64,000 nt of DNA, taken from Anaeroplasmataceae bacterium (GTDB lineage Bacteria > Bacillota_I > Bacilli_A > Acholeplasmatales > Anaeroplasmataceae). The notes under the pieces are model-generated. The model did no database searches, was not told the origin of the DNA, and saw only the letters and a list, made by a program, of their open reading frames with translations. This document shows positions 26,348-35,855 of this stretch, in pieces; the stretch's first letter is position 1, and each line of letters opens with the position of its first letter. The DNA is taken from positions 5,209-69,208 of the forward strand of contig JAIDZC010000021.1 of the NCBI GenBank assembly GCA_029057785.1, read 5' to 3'. A program made the position numbers and the translations under genes.

Positions 26348-27321
26348 GATTCCACCTCCATGCATATAGCATGTGCAATACAAGGTAGACTATTCTTTTG
26401 ATTAATCATAGTTGGATTCATCAAGGCTCCTGTTGCACAAAGGAGTACCTTCTTATAATAACCCTCTAGCATTCTTTTCTTAATATAGGATAGAAATACT
26501 GCAGCTGAGGTACCAGGACCACTCCCACCGGCTAAAACATTCTGCTGATTAGTATCATATAAAATAAGTCCACAGTCATTATAGTTATCTACTTGGCCAT
26601 ATTCCTCTTTTAAAGCCTTTAAAACAATCTCATAGCCATATGTAGATAAATCTCCAGTCAAAATCAAATCATAGTCCTTAGGAGCCGTATTTGTGGCTTT
26701 AAAATGAGCAAACAGAGTTTCTAACGCTGCTGGAGCCATTGCTCTTCCAAAGTCACAGGCGTCTGTGAAGCCAACATCAATGACCTTACCTAACGTAAAG
26801 TTTGTAAACTTGATTTTTCCTTTCTTGCGTGATAATAGAGCACTAGCTCCTATCGTTGAAGTAAAGGTTTGAGTATCTTCTTTATTTCCACCATATTCTA
26901 CAGGGTTTCTAAATTGACGTTCTGCAGATTGGTTATGGCTTGAGGTATAAACTAAGATATTCTGAATACTTTCATTTTCTAATAGCAATCCTGCAAGCCC
27001 TAATCCTAAGCTAATTGTTGAACAAGCGGAATAGATTCCAATTAAACTGATGGGAAGACTTCTAAAGGTATAGCTAGAGGTAGTAAGCTGATTAGAAAGC
27101 TCTCCGCCTATTGCTAAAGAGATATCTTCAGATTTTAAATTTTCTTTTTCTAAGAGCATATCTATTGCTTTAGCTAAAATATCAATTTCACTATTTTCAA
27201 AGCAAGAATCCTTGCATTCATCAATCGAGTCAAAATAGTTTTTTAATGGTCCTTTACCTTCTAATTCTCCTGCAACAACTACTGAAGATTCTAGATAAAC
27301 ATTCTTAAACTCAAAGGTCAT
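26344..27321 (-). CDS. spoVAD: stage V sporulation protein AD
   Basis: 325-aa thiolase-fold-like protein in the conserved position between spoVAC and spoVAE. Confidence 0.9.
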   Translation of the reverse strand: MTFEFKNVYLESSVVVAGELEGKGPLKNYFDSIDECKDSCFENSEIDILAKAIDMLLEKENLKSEDISLAIGGELSNQLTTSSYTFRSLPISLIGIYSACSTISLGLGLAGLLLENESIQNILVYTSSHNQSAERQFRNPVEYGGNKEDTQTFTSTIGASALLSRKKGKIKFTNFTLGKVIDVGFTDACDFGRAMAPAALETLFAHFKATNTAPKDYDLILTGDLSTYGYEIVLKALKEEYGQVDNYNDCGLILYDTNQQNVLAGGSGPGTSAAVFLSYIKKRMLEGYYKKVLLCATGALMNPTMINQKNSLPCIAHAICMEVES

Positions 27322-27767
27322 AATAGCACCTCAAAGATATATCTTATACTTGCTACTATAATTGCTGAGGTGGTTCCTAAAACAATGACACTCCCTGCCA
27401 GCTTCAAAGCATTGGCACCTATTCCAAGTACAATTCCTTCCTTATGATATTCCATAGCAGAACAAACAGATGCATTTGCAAAGCCTGTGATTGGTATTGC
27501 AAGTCCACATTTTGCGATTTGGCCTAGATTGTCATAAATACCAAAGGCTGTAAGCATTCCTGCAAATAAAACCATAGTTAGTGTCATATATAAAGAAGCA
27601 TCCTGTTTGTCTAAATGTAAGATTTGATAATACAAATCAAAAAAGAGCTGACCAATAATTGCTACACCACCACCTGTAGAAAATGCCAAAAGAAAGTTTT
27701 TTAGCATAACTTTATAATCCTTTTTTACGGCTATCAGCTCTTGATAATATTTTCTTGTTTTTTCCAT
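27318..27767 (-). CDS. spoVAC: stage V sporulation protein AC
   Basis: 149-aa four-TM protein with typical SpoVAC sequence (GGGVAIIGQ...ITGFANA). Confidence 0.9.
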   Translation of the reverse strand: MEKTRKYYQELIAVKKDYKVMLKNFLLAFSTGGGVAIIGQLFFDLYYQILHLDKQDASLYMTLTMVLFAGMLTAFGIYDNLGQIAKCGLAIPITGFANASVCSAMEYHKEGIVLGIGANALKLAGSVIVLGTTSAIIVASIRYIFEVLL

Positions 27768-27839
27768 AAAATCACCATCTATAGTATGACAAGAATCTTA
27801 TGATTTTATTTACAAATGAAACAAAAATAGTTTAGTTTA

Positions 27840-28382
27840 TTAAAATTTATTGATATCATTTATGATAAGATCTATGATTTCGGAGTCTCTCAGTTGTTGG
27901 GTATTGATTTCTTTTCCATCATTCGTAAGCAGCTCCTCTTCCTCTTCATCAATACTTAATGCAAGATAATAGAAAAGTTTATTTTTCTTATGCTTAGAGC
28001 TAATATTTACCTCAAAAGTGCTTGCTTCATCCCAATCATACTCTATTTCAAGTTCCTTTTGCTTTATCAAGATTTCAATCTCTAGAATTTGATTTGTGAA
28101 AAGCTCATACATCACATGAATAGTAGAGCTTGTATTAGATTTTTCTTCTAGCATAGAAATAAACGCTTTTCTTCTTTCCTTTTCCTCCTCTTTTAAGCTT
28201 TCTTCGTTCTTCTTTACATCTTTAGACATTTCCAATCGATAAAAAACCATTAAGAGTAAAACAATTCCCATGAATATATAAACTGCCCATTGAGGAAAAT
28301 CTTTCAACGTGAATTTTAATACTAGTAAAGCAATAATCATTACTGTGTTTATGCCTATTATGATCCATTTTTTTATATTCAT
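27840..28382 (-). CDS. hypothetical two-TM protein occupying the slot normally held by sigF
   Basis: 180 aa. Two N-terminal TM helices, then a Glu/Lys-rich coiled region. No sigma-factor regions 2/4. Confidence 0.5.
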   Translation of the reverse strand: MNIKKWIIIGINTVMIIALLVLKFTLKDFPQWAVYIFMGIVLLLMVFYRLEMSKDVKKNEESLKEEEKERRKAFISMLEEKSNTSSTIHVMYELFTNQILEIEILIKQKELEIEYDWDEASTFEVNISSKHKKNKLFYYLALSIDEEEEELLTNDGKEINTQQLRDSEIIDLIINDINKF

Positions 28383-28449
28383 AATGTATACTCCTTATTT
28401 ATTTTCACAAATAGTATACAGGATTTCTTTTTTGAAAGCAATAAAAATA

Positions 28450-28471
28450 GATTAGACACAGAGATCTAATC
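28450..28471 (-). terminator. weak terminator-like hairpin directly after spoIIAB
   Basis: GATTAGA-N8-TCTAATC stem followed by TATTTTTATT on the - strand, about 20 nt after the stop codon. Confidence 0.4.
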
Positions 28472-28490
28472 CTTTAAGAAGAAATGCAAG

Positions 28491-28907
28491 CTACCATTTT
28501 TTTGAAAAATGAAGCTTAGTCCCCTCATTTACTTTACTTTCTACTGTAAAAGAATCACAAAACATTTCCATAATCGTGAAGCCCAAGCCGCTTCTTTCTT
28601 CTTCCTTTTTAGTTGAAAAAAGTGGTTCTCTAGCCTGTTCAATATCCTCGATTCCTTTACCATAGTCGATAATATCACAAGAAACCTTTTCATCATCTAC
28701 CTTGACATTCATTTCAATATACTTATCTTCCTGATTATCATAGCCATGAACAATACAGTTTGTTATCGCTTCACTGATAACTGTCTTTAATTCGTTTAAA
28801 AAGGTAATTGTTGGATTTGCATCCACAATTAAAGCACTGACAGCATTTCTAATAATTCCTATATTACTTCTTTTAGAGATAAACTTCATATAGATTTCAT
28901 TATACAT
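28491..28907 (-). CDS. spoIIAB: anti-sigma F factor (serine kinase) SpoIIAB
   Basis: GHKL N-box EAITNCIVHGY and G-box SGLGFTIM. AAGGGTGA SD before ATG 28907. Confidence 0.88.
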   Translation of the reverse strand: MYNEIYMKFISKRSNIGIIRNAVSALIVDANPTITFLNELKTVISEAITNCIVHGYDNQEDKYIEMNVKVDDEKVSCDIIDYGKGIEDIEQAREPLFSTKKEEERSGLGFTIMEMFCDSFTVESKVNEGTKLHFSKKW

Positions 28908-28930
28908 AATTATCACCCTTTCCTTATATC

Positions 28931-29281
28931 TTAAATTCCCGTTAAGGAAATTAAGACTGCTTCTTCATTTTCACGTATCTTACATATTTTAGCTAGTCCA
29001 GAAATATAAATAATACGTTCTATTTTACTGTTGACATTGCTGATGGTGATATCACCATTCCTTTTCCTTAATTGATGATATCTTCCAATAATAAAGCCTA
29101 TACCTGAGGAATCTAAGAATGTCAGCTCAGCAAGATTTAATACTAAATGATTAATTTTATAGCTATCAATATAGTTAGCTACCCTCGTTCGCAAATCACT
29201 GGCACTGACATCATCTAATTCTCCTTTTAATCTCAAGATTAGAATATCCTTTTTTACATACACGCCCACATTTAAACCCAT
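28931..29281 (-). CDS. spoIIAA: anti-sigma F factor antagonist SpoIIAA (STAS domain)
   Basis: STAS fold with the phosphorylatable Ser in FLDSSGIGFIIGRY. Start at ATG 29281 (MGLNVGV...); the track ORF opens further upstream. Confidence 0.88.
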   Translation of the reverse strand: MGLNVGVYVKKDILILRLKGELDDVSASDLRTRVANYIDSYKINHLVLNLAELTFLDSSGIGFIIGRYHQLRKRNGDITISNVNSKIERIIYISGLAKICKIRENEEAVLISLTGI

Positions 29282-29439
29282 ATAATCACCTTGAAAATAA
29301 TTATAAAGGAAGTTAGAAAAATAGTGTAGTCCTTCGACAAAACTAGTGCATAAAATCGTATGCCAAAAATAGACAAAAGAAAAGACTATAACCATTTGTT
29401 ATAGTCTCTTTTATGTTATGAAATGATAAAATTTAAAAT

Positions 29440-30852
29440 CTATTCATACTTTTTGACGATATCTCTAGCAACCCAAACTCCATTAGCTCCCGCTTGAGCA
29501 AGACCTCTAGTGATACCAGCACCATCTCCACCAACATATAATCCTGCTACTTTCGTTTCAAAATGTTCATTTGTCACAGGACGTGCTGAATAGAATTTTG
29601 CCTCTACGCCATAAAACAAAGTATGCTCATTTGCAATACCTGGGGTGACATGATCTAAAGCTTCAATCATTTCAATAATAGATTTCATTGTATTATATGG
29701 CAATACAAGCCCTAAATCGCCTGGAACGGCCTCTTTAAGGGTCGGTTTAACAAATCCTTCATCTAGACGCTTTTGAGTCGTTCTTCTACCCTTACAGATG
29801 TCTCCATAGCGTTGTACAATAACTGATCCACAGGAAAGCTGATTGGCAAGTCTTGAAACCTCATGTGCATATTCATTTGGCTTATCAAAGGGCTCAGAGA
29901 ATTTATGTGAAACAAGTAAAGCAAAGTTAGTATTTGTACTTCCTAGTTTGGCATCTGCATAAGCATGACCATTTGCTAAAATTGTTCCACTATGATTTTC
30001 AACTACGACATGGCCACTTGGATTAGAACAGAAAGTACGAACTACAGTTCCAACTGAGGCACGATAGATAAATTTTCCTTCATAAAGATTTTTATTGATT
30101 TCTTCCATAACTACATCATTGGTTTCTACACGTACACCAACATCCACTTGGTTATGAGTAAGTCCAATTCCATGAGCCTCACATAGGGATTGTAGCCAGG
30201 TTGCTCCATCTCTTCCAACTGCTAAAAAAACTTGATTACATTCTAGGAATTCTTCTTTAATCTTGATGCCTTTAACAATATTGTCTTCTATAACAATGTC
30301 CGTAACCTCAGTTTCATAGCGCATATCTATCCACTGATTTAGATCATCAAAAATACGAGCCATAATTTTTAGGTTATTTTCAGTGCCTAGATGTCTTACC
30401 TTTGCTCTTAGAAGCTTAAGCCCAACTGCGTAGCCTCTTCTTTCAATTTCTCTAACCTTATCAGTTGTTGGGTCAGTAATTGTAGTTGGAGCGCCATACT
30501 TTAAGTTGATGGAATCTACATAAGAAATTAACTCTTCTACAAGTTTAGGTTCCAAATAATCTGTCATCCAACCACCAAATTCGCTTGTAATATTAAATTT
30601 TCCATCAGAGTACGCACCAGCACCACCAAAGCCATTGGTAATAGAACATGCTGGATGGCAACCAGAGTGCCCATTTTTATCTATAGGACATTTAGAAATT
30701 TTGTGTTGTAAAACGGGACAGTTTCTATGATAGATATCATGGCCCTTATCAACTAATAGAACCTTAAGTTTTTCATTTTTCTCGTGAAGCTCATAGGCAG
30801 CAAATAAACCTGCTGGTCCAGCACCTACAATAATGACATCATATTTTTTCAT
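29440..30852 (-). CDS. FAD-dependent oxidoreductase (COG2509-like)
   Basis: N-terminal YDVIIVGAGPAGLFAA dinucleotide-binding motif and C-terminal GLYVGGDGAG. Confidence 0.8.
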   Translation of the reverse strand: MKKYDVIIVGAGPAGLFAAYELHEKNEKLKVLLVDKGHDIYHRNCPVLQHKISKCPIDKNGHSGCHPACSITNGFGGAGAYSDGKFNITSEFGGWMTDYLEPKLVEELISYVDSINLKYGAPTTITDPTTDKVREIERRGYAVGLKLLRAKVRHLGTENNLKIMARIFDDLNQWIDMRYETEVTDIVIEDNIVKGIKIKEEFLECNQVFLAVGRDGATWLQSLCEAHGIGLTHNQVDVGVRVETNDVVMEEINKNLYEGKFIYRASVGTVVRTFCSNPSGHVVVENHSGTILANGHAYADAKLGSTNTNFALLVSHKFSEPFDKPNEYAHEVSRLANQLSCGSVIVQRYGDICKGRRTTQKRLDEGFVKPTLKEAVPGDLGLVLPYNTMKSIIEMIEALDHVTPGIANEHTLFYGVEAKFYSARPVTNEHFETKVAGLYVGGDGAGITRGLAQAGANGVWVARDIVKKYE

Positions 30853-31038
30853 ATTCTCACCCTTCAACCTACAAATTTTGATAAAATCTTTTACTACACT
30901 ACTATTCTATCACAAATAAATCAAAAAACAATGAAAATAGTTTGATTTTCTTTTCTTCTTTAACTAGTTTTTTTTATAAAGATATGGTATAATGATAATA
31001 GTAGCAATTTTCGAATTTTTTAGAAAAGGAGGGTTAGC

Positions 31039-31527
31039 ATGTATCAAATAGGGGATTTCGTTGTGCATAGTGGGCATGGGCTATGCTCTGTACTTGAAGT
31101 TCACACAGAGGAATCAAGCTATTATAGATTGGAAACCTATCATAATAAGATGCTAATTACTCTGCCTATGGATAAGGCACCTCTTTTCTTACGTCCAATT
31201 TTATCTAAAACAGATGTTTTTAAGGCATTAAATGACTCTGTTCTTCTTTCTGAAGAGTATATTAAGGACAATAAAGAAAGAAAAATTCAATTTCAACAAT
31301 TGGTAACTTCTAATAATATTATGGATACACTTCATCTTCTAAAGATGATTTATCATATTGCTGAAGATAGAAGACTAGAAAAGAAAACATTGGGTTCTTT
31401 TGATACCCAGTTTCTTCAACAAGCAGAAAGAAAATTATTTAATGAAGTTGCTGTTGCTACAGGAATTACAAAAGATGAAGCACAAGCTGTTGTTTGTGAG
31501 CGTTTAAAATCACAATTAGTTTATTAA
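31039..31527 (+). CDS. CarD/CdnL/TRCF-RID family transcription regulator
   Basis: N-terminal Tudor-like GDFVVHSGHGLCSVLEV, typical of the CarD_CdnL_TRCF domain. 162 aa. Confidence 0.8.
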   Translation: MYQIGDFVVHSGHGLCSVLEVHTEESSYYRLETYHNKMLITLPMDKAPLFLRPILSKTDVFKALNDSVLLSEEYIKDNKERKIQFQQLVTSNNIMDTLHLLKMIYHIAEDRRLEKKTLGSFDTQFLQQAERKLFNEVAVATGITKDEAQAVVCERLKSQLVY

Positions 31528-31539
31528 TGAGGTACTTCT

Positions 31540-32436
31540 ATGCAAAAAGTTATTATTCCATCAAAATATGATTCGTTGCCTATATCTGCAACGCTATATG
31601 ATACAGCAGAACCTAAAGGCATTGTTCAAATTGTTCATGGTATGAAGGAACAACAAATGCGCTATGAGCGTTTTGCAAAATTTTTAAATGAGAATGGTTA
31701 TATTGTCTTAACTTCAGATATGCGCGGGCATGGCCCAGATGCTAAAAAGCTTGGTTATATGGACGGAAAAAAGCCTTGGGAGGCTCTTGTTTTAGACCAA
31801 GTCACACTTTCTGAATATTTAAAAATAACCTATCCGAACCTAAAATTATACCTATTTGCTCATTCTATGGGAACTATTGTTTCAAGAAATTTGATTCAAA
31901 AGAACTCAGATTTATATGAGAAGGTTATTCTTTCAGGCGTTCCAGCCTATCAGAAAGCAACATTTTTAGGAATTTTTATGGCAAACTTAATTGGCTTATT
32001 TAAGGGAAATACATATGTGTCAAAATTCTTAACGAATTTAACAGATGGTAGCTTTAATAAAGCAGTTAAGAATCCAAAGACTCCTGTTGACTGGTTATCC
32101 TATAATGAGGAAAACGTACAATATTTTCTAAATAATCCTTATTGCAATATTCCTTTTACTGTCTCTGCTTATAAGGCACTATACCATTTGGTATGGGGAA
32201 TGCATAAGCACGACCGTTATATTGTGATAGATTCAAATAAGCCAATTCTTCTTCTTGTTGGCAAGGATGATCCATGTCCTTTAGGAACGAAGGGTTTAAA
32301 GCATTCTGCAAACACCCTTAAAAGAGCAGGTTATAAAAATGTTTCTACAAAGGTTTATGAGAACATGCGTCATGAAATCTTAAATGAAACCAATTATGAA
32401 ATTGTATATTCTGATATACTAAACTTCTTAAATTAA
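31540..32436 (+). CDS. alpha/beta hydrolase (lysophospholipase/monoacylglycerol-lipase-like)
   Basis: HGMKEQ oxyanion region, nucleophile elbow AHSMGT, and C-terminal catalytic His (MRHEI). Confidence 0.8.
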   Translation: MQKVIIPSKYDSLPISATLYDTAEPKGIVQIVHGMKEQQMRYERFAKFLNENGYIVLTSDMRGHGPDAKKLGYMDGKKPWEALVLDQVTLSEYLKITYPNLKLYLFAHSMGTIVSRNLIQKNSDLYEKVILSGVPAYQKATFLGIFMANLIGLFKGNTYVSKFLTNLTDGSFNKAVKNPKTPVDWLSYNEENVQYFLNNPYCNIPFTVSAYKALYHLVWGMHKHDRYIVIDSNKPILLLVGKDDPCPLGTKGLKHSANTLKRAGYKNVSTKVYENMRHEILNETNYEIVYSDILNFLN

Positions 32437-32628
32437 TTAGAAAACGCTATTTGGCGTTTTTTTTGATTTTAAAGTAGATTTTATAATTTTATAGAAAAAA
32501 ATCCTCAAATAGGTGTCTTCCATAAGGAATTTTCTTTTGTGGATGTAGAAATAGCCCACTATCTTTGCAAGTAAAGCATAGTGAGCTATAATTTTTATTT
32601 TTCAAAATACAAGACACTAAATTGAAAT

Positions 32629-33030
32629 TTATCTTTGAAACGGTTTATTAAAAGAGCCGATTTCAATTAAGTTGCCTTCGGGGTCAGCAATGTAACAAGT
32701 TCTTTGTCCCCATGGTTTAGTTGTGGGTTCAAGTACGGGAGTGGCGCCCTTACTTATGGCATCGACAAAGTACTTATCAACTTCTTCAAAAGTATCCACG
32801 TACAACGCTATTTCAAAATGTCCGTTAAGCCCCTTAACATATTCATACTTTCGGCTCGTCATACTTTCAAATTTGTTTCTTCCGTAAAGCATAAACAATG
32901 TACCATCTTTAATTAAATATACATTAACAGTATCTTCGCTTTCTTTAATTTCAAATCCTAATACATCTCGGTAAAATCGAATCATTGTTGCCATATCGTT
33001 TACAAACAAGCCAAATCCATCAAGTTTCAT
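32629..33030 (-). CDS. VOC-family (glyoxalase/bleomycin-resistance) protein
   Basis: 133 aa with paired beta-alpha-beta-beta-beta pattern and C-terminal DPEGNLIEI motif. Confidence 0.8.
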   Translation of the reverse strand: MKLDGFGLFVNDMATMIRFYRDVLGFEIKESEDTVNVYLIKDGTLFMLYGRNKFESMTSRKYEYVKGLNGHFEIALYVDTFEEVDKYFVDAISKGATPVLEPTTKPWGQRTCYIADPEGNLIEIGSFNKPFQR

Positions 33031-33077
33031 AAAAGACCTCCAAATTAATATTTATCGTAGTAATAGTATATCGAAAT

Positions 33078-33118
33078 TAAACAAAAATAGCAAGGTTTAT
33101 TATTTAATCCTTGCTATT
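33078..33118 (-). terminator. intrinsic terminator after rplT
   Basis: AATAGCAAGG / CCTTGCTATT stem with TTTTTGTTT on the - strand. Confidence 0.6.
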
Positions 33119-33149
33119 TCTATGAAATACACCATAATGGGTATTTTTT

Positions 33150-33569
33150 TTACTTTTTCTTTGGTAATGGTTTTAAAACAACAACGTTTTCAACCTTTTT
33201 AGCCTTAGGTGCAGCTTCTAATGCTTTTTGAGCTGCTTCACATAAGCCCTTGAAACCTTCTGCATCATTTACAGCCATTTCAGCTAACATTTTTCTGTTG
33301 ATTGCAATATCAGCTTTAGCTAAACCATTGATAAATCTTGAATACTTCATACCATTTAATTGGCAAGCAGCATTAATACGGCTAATCCATAATTTACGGA
33401 AGTCTCTTTTCCTTGCCTTTCTGTCACGATAAGCATATGCTAAAGAACGCATAACTTGTTCATGAGCTGTCTTATATAAAGTATGTTTTGAACCATAATA
33501 GCCTTTTGCAAGCTTTAATACGGCCTTACGTCTTCTTCTTGTAGTGTATCCACCTTTAACTCTTGGCAT
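33150..33569 (-). CDS. rplT: 50S ribosomal protein L20 (with ~20-aa C-terminal extension)
   Basis: MPRVKGG...[15 protein letters not shown] is the canonical L20 N-terminus. 139 aa. Confidence 0.95.
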   Translation of the reverse strand: MPRVKGGYTTRRRRKAVLKLAKGYYGSKHTLYKTAHEQVMRSLAYAYRDRKARKRDFRKLWISRINAACQLNGMKYSRFINGLAKADIAINRKMLAEMAVNDAEGFKGLCEAAQKALEAAPKAKKVENVVVLKPLPKKK

Positions 33570-33589
33570 ATTCTTGTTACCTCCTTAAA

Positions 33590-33790
33590 TTATAATAAAT
33601 TAGAAATTAATGGTTTAATACGTTTAACGTCAGTCTCATGAACTAAACCACTCTTTGATAAATTTTTGTTTTGTTTGTGGGTCTTATTTGTTTTTAAATG
33701 TCCTGTATATGCATGGCCACGTTTAATTTTTCCAGATGCAGATACTTTGATTCTTTTCTTTAATCCACTATGTGTCTTTTGCTTTGGCAT
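33590..33790 (-). CDS. rpmI: 50S ribosomal protein L35
   Basis: MPKQKTHSGLKKR... canonical L35, 66 aa. Confidence 0.95.
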   Translation of the reverse strand: MPKQKTHSGLKKRIKVSASGKIKRGHAYTGHLKTNKTHKQNKNLSKSGLVHETDVKRIKPLISNLL

Positions 33791-33802
33791 AATCTTAACT
33801 CC

Positions 33803-34336
33803 TTAATCTTTTGATGTTTTTGGTGCTATTACAGCAAATAATGTTCTACCCTCTAGACGAATTGGTGATTCTAAAGTTGAACATTCAGCAAGTCTTTCTA
33901 CAAAGCGTTCAATCACTTCTTTACCTAAGTCCTGATGAACGATCATACGACCTTTAAAGCGTAGAGAAATTTTCACCTTGTTTCCCTTTTCTAAAATCGT
34001 TTGAGCTTTTCGAGCCTTTGTTTCAAAATCATGCTTTTCAATTGTTGGTGATAGTTGAATTTCTTGAACTACAACAACCTTTTGATTTTTTCTCATTTCC
34101 TTTAATTTCTTTTGTTGTTCAAAACGGAAACGAGAATAATCCATTAATTTTGCTACAGGAGGATTGGAGTCTGGTGAAACTAAAACTAAATCTAGACCAC
34201 TATCCTCAGCCTCTGCTAGAGCCTTCGCACGTGGCAATACGCCTAGCTTCTCTCCCTTATCCGTAATTACTAACATTTCCTTGCAGCGGATTGCATCATT
34301 TACTAAATCCTCTGTACCTCTTTTTTGCTTATTAAT
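33803..34336 (-). CDS. infC: translation initiation factor IF-3 (non-AUG, AUU start)
   Basis: Conserved IF-3 N- and C-domains. The only SD (GGAGG, 34348-34344) lies inside the track ORF and is followed by ATT ATT at 34339/34336. The first ATG of the track ORF has no SD, and the next in-frame ATG would truncate the conserved N-domain. Confidence 0.9.
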   Translation of the reverse strand: MNKQKRGTEDLVNDAIRCKEMLVITDKGEKLGVLPRAKALAEAEDSGLDLVLVSPDSNPPVAKLMDYSRFRFEQQKKLKEMRKNQKVVVVQEIQLSPTIEKHDFETKARKAQTILEKGNKVKISLRFKGRMIVHQDLGKEVIERFVERLAECSTLESPIRLEGRTLFAVIAPKTSKD

Positions 34337-34355
34337 AATTCCACCTCCGTATGTG

Positions 34356-34500
34356 TAAAAAAACAAAAGGGACGCAAAAACGCCCCTTATTATTTATTCA
34401 TCCATTGTGTGACTTTTTGCCTACCAATTCATCAATCAGGCGAGAAACGGGCGTTTCTTCTTTCCACTTATTTTATTTACCTTTTAAATAATATCACTAT
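34356..34500 (-). promoter_or_regulatory. infC-rpmI-rplT leader with attenuator terminator (L20-leader-like)
   Basis: - strand AAGGGGCG-TTTTT-GCGTCCCTT hairpin plus TTTGTTTTTTT, ending ~8 nt before the infC SD. Position and terminator logic match the Firmicutes L20 leader; sequence family not verified. Confidence 0.45.
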
Positions 34501-34537
34501 TACAATATAATGTCAAGCATTTTTTAAGGAAAATTTA

Positions 34538-35275
34538 TTAAGTGTTACTTATGTCCTTCTTTTGAAATTGTATAGCTATTCCTATGCCAAGTAATAGACA
34601 AATCCCACTATAAATAAGTAAATTTCCATTTAGGATGGGCCGACTACTAACAAATTCAATTTTGGGTAGAAAAATAGAAAGTGTAGGCTGCAATTTGTCA
34701 ATTCTTAATAGCATTACGGATAGAATATGGAGAATAAAAATCAAAATGGGTATAAAATAGGAATTAATTAAAATAGCTAAGAATTCTCCAAATAATAAAA
34801 GTTCAATCATAGGCAATGCAATATAAAGAATTAAAACTAAATCTGTATATTTTATGACGAAGCCTGGAAATACTAGAACGCCTATTAGATCTAGCAAAAG
34901 TATTTGAAATACTAAAATGGTTATAAGGATGATGAAATTTGCTAAAAGCTTGCATATAATAATTTTAATTCTGCTTGTATTAGGAACAAACATTGGGTCA
35001 AACAGGGCTAATGTTGAGAGCTCTGCTCCTACTAAGAATGCAACGAGTACACCATCAATAATCTCTAGAAAAAATATGGATTGTTCTAAGTAGTTTAGAT
35101 GATATTGTGCTGATGCAGACACATACTTATCCATTTCTAAAGGTAGACCCGTATTTAGGAGGAGCACTATACTCCAAATGAGAAGTACAATTCCGAAAAC
35201 AATGAAAGTAACTTTATTTAAGTGATAGGAAAGATATAACCGAGTTAATTTAGCGATACTACTTTTTTTTGACAT
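34538..35275 (-). CDS. ABC-2-type transporter permease-like membrane protein
   Basis: 245 aa with ~6 TM helices. Overlaps the ATPase gene by 17 nt. Confidence 0.6.
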   Translation of the reverse strand: MSKKSSIAKLTRLYLSYHLNKVTFIVFGIVLLIWSIVLLLNTGLPLEMDKYVSASAQYHLNYLEQSIFFLEIIDGVLVAFLVGAELSTLALFDPMFVPNTSRIKIIICKLLANFIILITILVFQILLLDLIGVLVFPGFVIKYTDLVLILYIALPMIELLLFGEFLAILINSYFIPILIFILHILSVMLLRIDKLQPTLSIFLPKIEFVSSRPILNGNLLIYSGICLLLGIGIAIQFQKKDISNT

Positions 35276-35855
35276 TACAGATTCCCTCCTTAAAATGATA
35301 TATAATAGGCTTTAGCTCCTTATAAAGAAGCTTATTATGCGTACTGATAATTACAGTTTTCTTTTGACTTAAAAGCTCTTTTATATCCTCTTTAAATAAA
35401 TGAATGGCTTCTGTATCCAATCCATCTGTAGGCTCATCAAAAAGATATAAATCTCCAGCATTTAATATCGTCTGTAGAATTCCTACCTTTTGTAGCATTC
35501 CTTTAGATAAAGTTCCTATTTTCTTGTTTGGTAGATGATATTTATTCATCCAAGATTCTAACTCCTTATCACTAGGAGTAATAGGAAGGTAGTATTTTAA
35601 ATAGGTTTCTACTGTCAAAAGCTTTGGATAGCTTCTTTTATCTGGTAAATAAACCATTCTCTTAAAGTCATTAATCATTTTCCCATCTTTGCTAGAATTA
35701 AAAATGACATGAGAAATAAGTTTAATAGTTGTAGACTTCCCACTTCCATTTTCGCCTACAAATAGATAGAGGTTTTCAGGCTCTATGGAAAGATTGACCT
35801 GTACAAGTCCTCGATCATGATGATAGTTCTTTTTTACCTCCTCTAATTTAAGCAT
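35259..35855 (-). CDS. ABC transporter ATP-binding protein (short, 198 aa)
   Basis: Walker A GENGSGKST, signature LSKGMLQK, Walker B LYLFDEPTDGLD, H-loop STHN. Confidence 0.85.
   Translation of the reverse strand: MLKLEEVKKNYHHDRGLVQVNLSIEPENLYLFVGENGSGKSTTIKLISHVIFNSSKDGKMINDFKRMVYLPDKRSYPKLLTVETYLKYYLPITPSDKELESWMNKYHLPNKKIGTLSKGMLQKVGILQTILNAGDLYLFDEPTDGLDTEAIHLFKEDIKELLSQKKTVIISTHNKLLYKELKPIIYHFKEGICNVKKK

Noticed and set aside
27781-27787. CATACTA upstream of spoVAC as a sigG/sigF-type -10 element
   Set aside because: It ends only ~14 nt before the ATG, so the transcript would start within or after the SD. spoVAC is more likely co-transcribed from further upstream.
34325-34510. 61-aa + strand ORF upstream of infC, and the - strand ORF at 12053-12256
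   Set aside because: Both lie in promoter or leader regions antisense to regulatory RNA or promoter DNA. They have no SD and no conservation signal.
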